The position numbers and the translations under genes are program-made. The notes beneath the pieces were generated by a model, which worked only from the letters and a program-made list of their open reading frames with translations, was not told the origin of the DNA and searched no databases. Of a DNA stretch of 20,000 nucleotides, positions 1-13,700 are shown in pieces (within the stretch, counting starts at the first letter, position 1; every line of letters starts with the position of its first letter). This DNA is from Trichoplax sp. H2 (taxonomy: Eukaryota). Location: the NCBI GenBank assembly GCA_003344405.1, contig NOWV01000261.1, positions 61,734 through 81,733 of the forward strand, in the 5' to 3' direction.

Positions 1-3000
1 TCATAATCTGATATTCTATTTTAGCCAAAGTTACAACAGTAAACGAAATCGATGTGATCTTGAAATCTATAATTTGTTCAGATCGTTTAGTTTAGGACAG
101 TAAACCGATATAATTATACCGTGTTTGCCGTCAATAGTATTAATCTGGCATACACATGGCGGTGTTCCCGCATTCATTCAATGCAATTATGGTCAAGTAC
201 GTACGATTATATAGAAGTCTGCTGCAAACTAGTTAAACTGACAATATGTGTTCGTTACATTTTTAAGCGAATCCCTCAAATGTTCAAAGCAATTGAAGAA
301 TAAAATCTGCGAACTAGTTTCACTTTGTAAAAGCAATTACATCGTACCTACATCACTATATTTTCATTTACTGCGGCGTAACCGTTAATCAATAAACAAG
401 TTAACGCAGATATAATTTCACCTCTTAATTGTACTTTATACAGCACATGCCTAAATCTGAATACTTAGCAACATTTTTAGAGTTCTACCAAAACTTATTA
501 GTTATTAATTTCGGCTGTTTTCTGAAGTCAATGTTAGTTATATTAATAAAAGACTATCTTAAGTGTTTCGCATAAACTGACCTACTGCTTGATAAGTCTT
601 ACTATCGCTTTACTATTTTTAATCTGACTTCTACTATAAATAGATCACCCTTTAGAAAGTGATAACTACAATATATTGTAGTACGCGTATGCGTACAACC
701 AGGATATAAATATTGAGCACAGAATTCCATGAATTGACCCTGAAATTCATCTACTCGTAAACAAGCGTTACAATCACTAGATACTAGAGAGGTTAAGGGT
801 TCCTTTTATCATAAAAATAGCGACCTTTATTACTCTAAAGCGCTAATATAGCTCCAACTGCCTGTATAGTCACAATTCCTCGTGGCATTCGCCAAAAACT
901 CCTTTTATAGCCTACTGACAGTGCACCATCAGATGATATACTCCATATAAAACTGTACAGTATTATACAATACCATTAGTTTAGATAGTGTTACGTTACA
1001 CCAGGTAACTATCAGAACATAGCAGTATGATTAGAAGTATGTATCAACAAGTAATTATATTTCCTTAGCAATTTATTTTATTTATTGAATTTATTAATTA
1101 TTCATGACGGCATTTGTATCGCTTTCAATTCTTCCACGAAACATCATTTAGTGTAATATAGCTGTTTGTCGAGCGAAGAATTAACCAATTACTATAACAC
1201 AATTGCCAATTGAATAAAAATAAAGTCAGAAATAAATGTATACATTAATTTTATCAAGTAGATGACTAAATACGTTTTATTTAGCATAACCTTCTTCGGG
1301 AGGCAAGCATCATCACATATTCACTACAGTTGTCGCTTATAATATAAATTGTAGTTCTTGAACACAAGTAGATGCTACCCAAAACGGCCGCCGTTACCTG
1401 TTCATACCTTAATTGTAATTCAATCCGTATATGTACCAGTATTATAAATAGACTTATCAATAAAATTTCATCAATCTTAAATTTAGAGCACTTGTTTCGT
1501 AACAACATATCGGCCATGATGCTTTAATTATATTAACCGACGTAGTGACTAAAGAACTCTAGCTATATGTATAGCTGAATAAATATCAGTATTTTACAAT
1601 AGAGATTAATGAAATAATAAGTTAATCAAAGTCTTTTCGATGCAAGTTGGAAATGGAGTTGGTCAAGCATTAAATTAATGTAACCATAGTAATTTAGCTT
1701 TACTCGTATCTATAAACTATATTACAGGGGTTTATATATTGTTTATAAGTACAGATATTTTTACTGACAGAATATACTGTTCTAGCATTTCTTTTGATAA
1801 ATGGTATTATTTAGTCCACGACAGCATTAACTTTTGTTACTTTAACTAGAGGGCCTATAAAAGGGTTTTTGGTCTGTTCCTTAGCTAAATGAATATGGAA
1901 TAAAAGTTAAGTAAAACTGAGCATTTGGCTAATCATTAAATTGAGTTAATGCAATTTATGTTGCATATTATTTAAGAATTTGAATTGAGTATATCGATGC
2001 GTACATACAATGCTATTTATACACAATCAGACATTTCCATTGGTTTGTATCTCTGAAAAATTTATGAAAAGGTACTTTATCAATTAGACCATGAAGCATT
2101 GAACTTGTTACTTCTAGCTAACTTATCTATAATAGACCAATGAATTTTCGTAAACGACTTGGCTAAATTGGCATGAGTAATGATACTAAGCTAATGAATC
2201 TTTCGACTTACTAATATACCGTATTTTGATGCAATAGTCCAATTACTGTAATAGAATAGATATCTATATCATGGTATTAGAATATAAACTCAATATTATG
2301 ATTGAATATCAGACTACCATTTTAATTCTATGTTCTTGTAGAAAAGTAGTATCATGTAAAAATAGTGTTGTATACTTGCGCATAATAAATCGGTTTTGTT
2401 CGTATGGAATGACGCGTAACCGTAGGGATAAAAAATTATGATCACGCTCAAGTTTTAATTTAAATTGGCAGACAGGAAAATCAGTAGTTTTTACAGTACC
2501 TCGGTGAGCTATTCTTGTTCTCTGAGTATTGAATATTGATAATTTATCTTACTCAAATTTACTACTTACATCGAATCTCCTAAATTGATAACCTATAGAA
2601 AATCCGTTAATATTGCTATAGGAATGAAATAGATTTGTCTTACAAAAATAGTATAATTTTATACGACTGGATTAAATTTTCAAGGGGCCCTAAATGAGAC
2701 CTTGTAAACGCGTTAGTAGGTTATCGTTGGACATAATCTAATAAATTACAACTCCAAATGCAGCCGCAATAGCCATAACTTTAAAGTTTATTGGAGCTAA
2801 CATATCTAGAATAATAAAATAAATTAGATTCTTAATCTCTTCAAATTCTTCGTGTAACATCTACTTGCTGCAGTTGGTAGAGGATCTAACAGAGAGACGT
2901 GGCTCCTATCTACTAGATTTACCTAGTGATTGCGATTTAGATTAGTTCTGGAGTATCGTTTACATAACATCATCACCGTAGTTACGGTAGCACAGTAAAG

Positions 3001-3701
3001 TACAGAAATTATTTTGTATCAACACTCTACAATTCTTTCAGATTGAGACAATTCAACCAAATAACCTCATTTGATAAAAGAAGTATCTTTTACGTCATGC
3101 GAGTTTTATTACTTTAGAAAATAATTCGATAAAGGACTAATAAATTTTTATAAATTCCCTAGCTAATTGAACGTTAAAATAAGTATTAACATATTATTGA
3201 ACTTTTAGCTAATCAAGATCAATATTCACGATTGAAGTTAGAAGGGAAGTAATTAATATATCAAATTAATGCTACCATAGTAATGCATTAGTTTTACATC
3301 TATATATACAAATAATAGTAGTTACAGAATCGGATGTATCCATTGAAAAAATGGACTGCAGAGAAATTTTACTTTTTGAAGTATTGCAGCAAAAACAGCT
3401 TCAGCACTCCAATTTAATCTACTCAATAAACAACGAAAATTATAAACTTTTAAAATGTATCAAATTATCAATTTTATTCCTAATTATTTAGCTATTTACA
3501 AATCTAATTTTCAGTGTAAAACTCCTAATTACTATTATAATTAATATCGATTTTTTATGTCTTTTATTGAAAATGAAATCATTGGCATAATTTATTATAC
3601 CACTAGGGAATAAAAGTAACTGAAAAGCCATTACGATCGATTGCCTCGCTTACGATAAGAATTCTATTTTTATATATCTATGTATTTATTTTTCTCTACA
3701 G

Positions 3702-3854
3702 CTGATCGTTGGAGGTACTAACATATAAATAGAGACTATGCTACCTTGGTAACAAATCAATGGACCCGCTACAGCATCATCAACTTTGGTATCATATGGA
3801 TTATTTTTTTAAAGGCTTTTAGCATCAATCAATTGTCATTATGAACAACAGCTG
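3702..3854 (+). other. Probable non-coding (5'UTR) exon of the receptor gene
   Basis: Strong acceptor (tttattttttctctacag) and donor (CTG|gtaagt). All three frames contain stops. It could splice to the ctag| acceptor at 4524/4525, 60 nt upstream of ATG 4585. Confidence 0.55.
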
Positions 3855-4584
3855 GTAAGTGTCCTTCAATTGGGTATGCAATGTGTTTTAATTATACTCT
3901 ATATTGCATTATTGCTATTTATGTTGGATAATCAAAGTATTTCTATCGCATTAAATAAAATAATATTCTTTATTATTCAAGCTTAAATTGAGTTTTAATT
4001 ATCTCCAAGGAGATTTACATCCACTAATCGACGACAAGCAAAATAGCCTTTGATATAAGTGGAATTATTTATCGATACGGATAATCGTACTAACAATAAT
4101 GTATAACCCAAATTTATATAAAATTATAATTTTAGAAATATCTCCTTATAATATATTATTATTTGGCTAATCGATCCACTTTAGAAAGTAATTCCATCAA
4201 ACATTTGTGGAATAGATTTTTTATAGCTAGATCGAATAAAATTAAGTTTTTAGCTAATTTTTACGGAAAATAAATTGAATCTTTCACTTTTAGCAAACTA
4301 TTACTTATGCTGCTTTATAAGATTGCTCAGAACATCCTTTCTGTCAAAATTAGCATAAAGTAAATAACGTCACTTCCGAAAATCATAGTAGCAATCTCGA
4401 CAACAAACATGCCAAGGGTGATATTTAACGATTTGTGAAGGACAATTTTTACTTACTATGAAATCATAAATTGCTTTCAAGCATATATTCTACGCGGAAT
4501 GAAAATCATATACATGCTTACTAGATTATACAATTGAATATCGTATGCAAAACTTCTCATAATTTGATACCGATTACATACAAT

Positions 4585-4787
4585 ATGATCATAGTCAACT
4601 TCATAAAGTTAGCTCTGATGATCTTAATATTACCGAATACAAGCATAGCTTACGGTGGTCAACATAATGAAATTTCAAGTAGAGAATTTGTTTGCCCATC
4701 TAACTGCTTATGTCAACAAGAGGAACTTCATTGCTTTAACCTACCGAAAATTACGGACTCAAACTTACCGCGAGCAATTAAGAGCAT
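4585..4787 (+). CDS. Coding exon 1: signal peptide + LRR N-terminal cap (LRRNT)
   Basis: MIIVNFIKLALMILILPNTSIAYG has signal-peptide character. CPSNCLCQQEELHC...NLPRAIKS matches the LRRNT pattern CPxxCxCxxxxxxC..LP. Phase-2 donor AT|gtaagt at 4788. Confidence 0.85.
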
Positions 4788-7700
4788 GTAAGTAGTACTA
4801 TGCAATGTTGGTTAATTTCAACTATGCATCCTGTATCGTTTTTCAGTCATCTTTGTCTTCATTGCTACCATAAAACTTTCGTCCAATGGCAATTAAATTG
4901 ATAGTTATACGAGGGTATCTTGTTTTGGTAATAGTTATTAGCATATATCTCATTTCCAAAAATAATAATATCATCTTAAGCATAATAGGTTGCAGTAGTA
5001 TCAGTTTTTCTGTATTTCTGATCATAAAACGTGCCGTACAAGATTAAAAGTCGACAATGTTTTTGATAATAATTTTAAAAAAGTAAAAATGACACATAAA
5101 TGGCGCTAATATTGCTGTCTTAGTTTGAGTTATCAATCCAATTTAGTATGGATCCTATTAGATATAACTAATGATGACGTATTAGACTATCATTAAATAT
5201 GAAGAAAAGTTGTTCATATATTTAATTTTTTGAAGCTGCATCGAAGCTCTTAAATGATATCTTATCGTAGTACAATAGTTAAGAAACAAGTTTTATCAAT
5301 AGCGAAAGCCTTGAAACAGCACTTCGAATGCTATGTACGAATTAATGATATCTGTGAGATACCAGTAAGTCATCAGAATCCGTATTCATTTGTTACATTC
5401 CAATGACAGTGAAGTATGCTCTGCTGTAAAAAAAATATTGATCCATTCGTAGCAATATGCATCTTCGGATAAAGATCGGTTAGTTGTAACAAAGTTAAAG
5501 AACTTATTTGAATACCTTCAGCACTAGATTATTTTCAAACTAATTTTAATGTGCAGATATAAACGTTAATGATAGAATAATGTCTGTATGGATTGTGGCC
5601 CATAACATTATCCTACTGGTATATTGCTACAAAATTGCGTATTAATTTATTTCATTAACTTATTTAGCAATTTCGTATTGCCATTTTAAGTATTTTATTA
5701 CATGGTTATAGTTCGCATATTAATTCATTTCTATGAATCATACTCAATCGCTACTTTAGTTGGAAGTACATGGCTGCCAGAATGATTTCTGTTTCAAAAT
5801 TAAAAGCATTTATTTTAACAAGTATGCATTCAGTACGATCTAGATGATACCAAACCATTCCTTTTTTACTTTTCATTTTAATATTTGTAATTTAACAGAA
5901 AGTCACTATTAATTTTATGATACCGTGCCTTGGAAACTGTAGCGTAATTCTGAACATTAACAGAATAAATCTAACTGCCGTAAAAATTTTCGTTTTATTG
6001 GCGTTTATACTAGTGTAGTTGCGCTATACTAGTTTTTACGTTTCCTCTTAAGTTTATTTCTTCTGTGATATCACTGCGAATACCTTAATAAATTTAGTAA
6101 ATGTAGAAAATGTTTAAAATTTTAGTGCATCAAAATCTCCGCAATGTTTCATATTCAAGCTGCATAAATCAATTAGCATCTTTCTGATGTTGGCCATTAA
6201 CCTATTGAACATTATTATTTTCCGTAAAACTATTTTAAAACAGTAGCCGCCTCAAGTTACTGCTTGGAGCACGCTATGAAGTTTTGTAAGACTTTACTAA
6301 CTTCTTAGCTATTATATGTAACTGTCAACTTTAAACAATCAATAATTGGCAAAGATCCTTCTAGTTTGAATCTATTTGATTTTATCTTCTATATCACTAC
6401 CTTGTAATTCACTAATCATAATACCTGCCAATAGTTTACTAAAGGATTGAAATTACTGGAAATAGATATTATCCTACAATACGTCGATTGAACTTTATTA
6501 TAATAGAGAAAGCATAAATGGAGTCTACAAAAACGTTATACTTTATGCCACTAGTTTACTGTTTATTTGCAATAATTTAGGCTTTCGACACAATTTTTCC
6601 AGATATGTATTTAAATCTTGATTCAAACTACATAAGATCTTATATCATCATTAGATGTTTTATTATTGCCATATTCTTCTACATATGATAATTTATCCAT
6701 AGAGTACGCTATTACGCTTTATTTAATGGTACTAAATTAAATTTTTAATAGAGCTCATTTAAATGGTTTACTTTCAGCTTCGTAGTCAGCTTTCTGTAGC
6801 CTAATAAGAGAACCTGTTTACAAATATTAGAGTTAATGCCTAATATTAAATTTGGGATATTGAATGGTTCGGTTATATCTACTTTTTAAGAAGTTAAAAT
6901 CTTCCTCTCCATATAAGTTTAAAATGAGGCATCAAAAGAATCATCTTCAGCCCTATTTATACAATTTACGTTTAGATAGGCCAATCGAAAATTTAAAATT
7001 CTAATCACTACGAGAAATAGAACTGCTCCTTAACAATTGGCATAAGAAATTGACTGCATTAAATTAAGTATACGGTTTCTATCTATTATAGAGCTAGACA
7101 TGATTATGGCTGAACGTAAATTCTTTGTGTAGCTTTTACACTGGATTATTGAGCTGCCGACTAATCAATAATTGAGTAAATTATGATGTCAATATAAAAG
7201 TTGGGTTTCTTTATTCTCATCGCATGTTCAATATTATCATTATTTAAAGCTAACGTAATTGCTTTCTTTTTACATATGTTAAAATTATTATCAACTTCTA
7301 CCATATTATATCAATTAATATTTGATCAACAGTCGGGTAACATCCACGGAATTTTCGCTTATATTTACCGTTACATGACTAACGCATGTTGGAATTACTA
7401 ACTGAAGAAATTTGTAATTGTATATTTTAGACGCTAAGAATATTCTCCTTATTTCTTAACCCTAGCAATGTAATTATTAGTAAAATATCATTAAATTCTA
7501 TGAAAAGATGCATGTAAATTAATCTGCGGCTCTTAATCAAAATACTTTTCTTGCGGTTTGATAACTTGATTATAAATCTATATTGTTGATATTATACAAA
7601 TTAGTCAGGTGACTAATTCAACCCTAGCATCATATGTGCCCCAGTATAATAGCAAATTATCAGTTACGGTAATATTTATTGCAATGAGCTTTTCAACATA

Positions 7701-10700
7701 AATGTAACAGCGCTAATAATAATGTAGCAACCTAACAATCATCTATTTTCAGTCAAAATTAGCAAAATTTTAGCACAAAAAATTCGTAAACTGTATTGCT
7801 ACAACAACATATTCACTCCATTCGGCCGATTTACGAATTGAATCTAGCAAAGTTACTTCAGGGCTTGTCCTTCCTATATCTGTATTAGATGCATTCGTTC
7901 ATGTTATTCCATATTACCGTCTATTAAACTGTATATTCAAATTAAATCTTGCATATAGTAATAATATCATCAGAAACATATGGCTTACTTAAAATAAACA
8001 AGCTAAATAAATGAGTACAGTACATATTGCTTACCCTAATAGTAATATTAGAAAATTAGAGTTCTTGATTGTGATTCAGCTATCCCTTCTCTTTATATAA
8101 AAATAAGGAAATTGCTATATTTAAATCATTTTGCAACAAGTAATTACGGCAATTAATAAATACTTGTAATGAATTTACGACTTTGCCGTTATGTCTGCAA
8201 ATAAGATAATTTTAATGAAATCATTCTAAAATTCAAGAAATATGTTGACTGTGTCCAGTTTAAGGCAGTAAATGTTCTTAGTAATGATATAGTAGTATTA
8301 AATATTTCACGTTTCAAACCTATAATATATATCACCTACCACAAATACACTTTGTCTACTACTTCATGACTTCTTAAAATTAAGACAAGATTTAATAAAA
8401 TGGTATGGAAAGTTAAACTGTTAGGCATAAATGCTCTAATATTCTCGCGTAAAAGCCTTTCATTTTCAAGACTTCCTTCTCGCATTACCTATTTTTCAAG
8501 ACTCTTTCGAAGCAGCAACAGTGATCTAATAAATTTTTCTACTTACCCGTAACGCTATTATTATAGAATTAAGATTTAAGGCATCCAAATCCATGCTCTT
8601 CAGCACTTTTACTAATCATATTCCCGTTACAAATATGACATTTTACTAGATACTATACAAGATGACGTAGCTTGGCAAATTTTATCGATCTTTGCATCCT
8701 ATAACTCGGATCTGTAGATGGATATTAAAAAATATATACTTAAAGACATTCACAAACTGCCGTTTTTTACTTAAATTCAAGGCCAGATTAAAGTAGTCTC
8801 CAAATGTTCTTCATAAAATTTATTCCACGGGAAATTTAGAATCAATAGCTAATTTTTCTCCATGATCCAACCTTTAATACGGCTCTTAATATGAAAAATT
8901 TGTCATTACGTTTTGCCCCTAAAAGATAGCTAAGACAATATACCATACTGTAAATGAACAAAAAATTATTCAAGAAACTGCTAGTTATGTGATTTGGAAA
9001 TTAAATAAATTGCACGCTTGACAAACTGAACTGAGACCAGGCTAAAATTAGATTGTAATAAGATCACAGATATTTTGTATTAAATATTTCATGAATCAAA
9101 ATAAAACTTATCGGTACTAATTTATTTCAACTAGTAAACTGTTTGGATCGCAACGATGTAGTGACCAAAGTATATACCAGTTACTGAAATTAGCTAAGAT
9201 AATGAAATGGAAAGTCCATGGATTTTGCCATTGGCCTAATCAGCAAACTCAATATTCATTACAGGATTTATCCTACGATCAATTATTCAATATTCGGATA
9301 AAGAAAGGTAAACACAATTGTAATCAATGCACTTTGTTAAGTATTTATTGTAGTTTATGCTTATTTATTAATTAAAATTGGACACTATTCATTGTATATT
9401 CCATTACTTTCATGCAAGTATTTTGAAACATTTATCTAATGTGAGCCGTATATCAGTCTTTAAATTACCCATAATGATAATTCTTTACTGGTCATAAAAT
9501 AAAGTTGCAAAACACCAACGATTGTTTGGCCATGATTAACATTCGGAAATATTCATTTTAAATCGGTACCGCAATTGATAATTATTAAACGTAATATTAA
9601 TAATTCGACTCCGTAAGTAAACTATGACATTCTGAATATAAATTTACTATTTATCTATGATTCATCAGCTATGAATAGCTAGTGAATTTAGTTACTTTAT
9701 TTCATGCTCCATCTTGATAGCTCTAAAGTATTTACTTCTTCAATCCTTTATAATAAACTGTAATTAACGTCTTTCAGAATAAAAATTGGCCATTTCATTT
9801 TTTTAGAATAATATCATACTATCATAACAGAATAATACGTTAAAAGCAAAACATTATCGCTGCTTTCATATAATTTATGTGCCATAATTGATATTTTAAT
9901 AATAATAAACTAACAGAACGGCTTGAGCGGTATTAATTCTAAGTTCACTTAAGTCGATATGGAGTAAGCATAACTGAAAAGACTATTACCGTAAAGGTCT
10001 ATTTATTAGCATGTTAGTATTCAACATACTTTTTTAATTTACTCAAAACAGGTTGTCATTAATTCATGGTTAAACGATTTGATTAATTATTATTAACTAG
10101 AGGATATCTTTGAACTACATGTTCATTAATATGCGAAAGGGTACATTTAGCTGGGAAATGATGCTGTTATAGGCATCGTATCTGCTATTATAAATTATTC
10201 TATGTTTATTTATTTCTTTTGGAAAGGAAGGTTGATCTGTGCCTCAATTTACAATTAGCGCCTGTATTTTAAGTTAACTCTTTCATCCTATTCATAAAAA
10301 TCCGCAAATCGTAGCACGTACAAATTTATCTACATAAATTTATGTAAAGACATACTGTACATAAAAATTTCTCCAATATATAATTCTGTAATGAATAATG
10401 TAACCAGTACAAGGCGTATATTTGCAATTTTGATCGATGTAATTACACAGAATATGGAGAATCTCATGAAATTCGAAGATGCGGAGGAATAATTTAGAAT
10501 TTATACCGTAATTAGCACTCTTAACGACCGGACTTTACTATATTTACAATCTTTCCGTTCAAAAATCTACGTTGGCCATAATTTATTCTTGATTGATGCA
10601 GTAACAGTATCTTCGTCCTCATGGCAGTCTTAATAATTTCGCTAATATCAATATTATCGAACTGCAATGACAGAGTAAAATGGCTAATTAAATTTTCTTT

Positions 10701-13700
10701 TATTTTAGTTAAATAAATGTCAATAGTATTATTAAAAGCTTCAGGTGAAATCAAAATTTGTATACATGAAAAACTTTGATATAATGTCAAAGATATTAGG
10801 TGATAGTTTATCCACGTTTATCTTATTAATATTGGAATAAATTCAAACTTCATATAGAACGAAGAAGATACAGACAACGGCGTTCCATTACAAGTCATGA
10901 TTCATCTGTTTATCAGTTTGAAGGTATTGGATTAAATTCATAAATTAAATTTTAATATGTAATAATAATTCACGGTATCCATAATCATCGCTTTGATTCA
11001 TTACTTATAATTGTAATGTTATCGTAATTCTAAAGAGCTACGGCAAAAGAATTTGAAACTAATGGTTGATAGACATTAGATTTAGATAAATAGCATCAAA
11101 CAAAAGCATTATTAATTCTACATTATTATATTTATATCTTTCCTGCAACAGATTTATACGCATAAAATAATATCGTTATATCGAGATCTGATCTGAGCAC
11201 ATAATTATTCTTGTTCTTAGTGAAACCCAAAGTGTTCGTGAATTGTACCTTCGATCAAGATAACTGTAACTGGAATCAGCTCGAAAGCATTGATTTTTTA
11301 GATTGGAAACGACATCAAAGCAATACTCTTTACAATGGTACAGGGCCAATTTATGATCATACATCAAAAAACTGTGAGTACTTTCAAGCATAACTGATAT
11401 ATAAAGCTATAATATACAAATAAATGCGCTATAGGAGCACCTAAATTATTTATTGTAGTTCATTGTCGTATATAAACGCTACCCAAAATAAGAAATCTGT
11501 TGTTGAAGAAAACAAGTAATATTATGCTAATTTAAAAAATCCATATTCCGCCAGTAATAATTGAAAATTTTAAATCGTGGATTCTAAAATTCGTAATAAA
11601 CTAGCTTTAAATAAGCCAGATCCCAATCAGTGGACATTCACTGGGAATATTAGTTTCTGTGGTACTGAGACTCTAAATCAAGTAGCATAAAGTGCAAAGC
11701 AGCTCGTAGTATATTGGTCTCCTAAAAGATTTGTTTCCTATTTATTAAAAATGGAGGCTTTTTCATCTAAGAAATTGAATAAATTACTTCGATGTTGCTA
11801 AGCTACGTTGTACTCTTATGACTTGTACAAAATTACGAAAGGCAAACATAACTCTTAATATACTAATTACAACCTTGTCAAAATTACCCTTAATTTACTT
11901 TCATTAATCAATTTTCTACTGCTAATTTAATCATAACCACTTTTCCATTAAAAAGAATTTGTTCAAGAATTTTACTGTAACAGAAAGTCTTAAAAACATT
12001 TCACTCAAATTGATTTATACATTTAATTTCTTTTTAGTGATGTGGTACGCTTACATAAAAGATTATTCGCCAATTAGAATTTACCGTATTTCATATGTAT
12101 GCTAAGGATTTATAATTAAACTAATCTGAGCTACGGTAGTGTTTTAGAATAGTGTCAACTTTAATGCCATAATTAATGTATATAAATTGAGCTTGAGAAG
12201 CTCGTCAGGCACTCTAACTGAAGTACTATATTTACGTACCTGACTCGATATATAATAGCGGACAATTTTAGCGATGCAGCGTTACACGAAAGTGAGAATA
12301 ATTCTGACCGATGACTCTATAAGATTATAGAAGATTGAGCGAAGAACGGATAACTACAGCTGCATTTAACTACACACATATGTATCATTGAGTACAAAAC
12401 TGCTTAATGTGATACTGTAATATGTAATAGGTTTTATAATAGTATAGACCCACCCATACTAAACATTTCTTTTGAAGCATCTTTAATTTCAGTTGCGTTA
12501 CAATTGCTGACTATAATATATAATCATATTGATCGGAAGGATTATCCTTAAAAATTGGCAACTTGATTTAGCATGAATGAGACTATTAATCTTAACTAGG
12601 AGTAAAACTAAATCCTGATATCGATTACTTGTTGTTAAGCAAGTTTTTAATTTTTGTTACTTTATTTTAATTTAATTGTGATCTTTCGATCAAGTTGCTT
12701 AATGATATCATCATACTAATACCTTTTAACACTTATTGATATTTAAATTACAGCCTTCGGTTATTATATGTATATTAACAGTTCCAGTCTTGAAATTCAA
12801 AATCAATATGCGGATTTAATTAGTCCACCATTATTATCACCTGGATATGGAAACGATATCAATGTAAATGGATTCTGAATAATTTTAACTATTATGATAT
12901 GCATCATTTCTATAAAATAATTATACATTAATTTACTTGCCAGATTACGTTTTACTATCATGCCTATGGCGCATCATCTGGTAAACTCTACGTATATGCT
13001 ATGTATCCGAAATATAGCGCTTCATTATATCTATTGGAAAAAATATCATTAATTGCAAGGAATTCTTGGCTGAAAGCATCAATCCAATTTAAAACAAATT
13101 ACTCAGACTATCGCGTAAGTTATTAATTGGTATCTGGAAAATATAAGTTAGGAATTGATTTGCTTACTGAAGATGGCTGATAATGTCATAAAATACCTAT
13201 ACTGTGCTCATAATAGATAGTATAAATGAACGACTTTAAGCATCGATACTATGCAGATAATATCTACTCGATCGATGAAATTGTGTAATGCCTGCGATTT
13301 TTATCCTTTGCATTATGAATGATTATATCAGCAAGGTTGATAAGATTATAAATATAAAGTTTCTTAATGCCTACCTGATACCATCAGCATTACTTAGATG
13401 TAACAATATACGTTCATAACGTTCTTGACCAATTTAGCACAGCCGTTCTGTCAGTTATCAATCCACTATTGTTGCATTCAGGAAATTCAGATAAATATAT
13501 TTATTATATGTCGGCCACCTAATAAAGCATTACAGTATTTACTAATTACGCTTAGTAACTTTATATTGCCACGAAAATTACATAAAGCAATTTGCAATTT
13601 GTTAATATTAAAATCTGGTCTAAAAAGAATTACTGGCGAATGCTTATAGATAATCATCAGAGGGGTTGTAGGCTCTAAAGTTGGTAGCTCTATTGCTATT

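Noticed and set aside
830..905. Minus-strand peptide ANATRNCDYTGSW resembling part of a GPCR hormone-binding domain
   Set aside because: Only about 24 codons between stops, weak acceptor and no partner exons.
5271..5364. Open segment with a strong gtaagt donor (TIVKKQVLSIAKALKQHFECYVRINDICEIP) in the first coding intron
   Set aside because: It would end in phase 0, incompatible with the phase-2 acceptor at 9135, and has no LRR pattern.
6445..6520. LRR-like words IEITGNRYYPTIRRLNF (and IRKLYCYNN near 7780-7810)
   Set aside because: Both frames reach a stop before a suitable phase-2 donor and the acceptors are poor. They may be chance or decayed exons, so they are not callable.
10331..10346. 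16-bp palindrome tacataaatttatgta, plus other AT-rich stems and a 12-bp direct repeat at 14818-14845
   Set aside because: Low-complexity AT-rich intronic sequence where such matches are expected.
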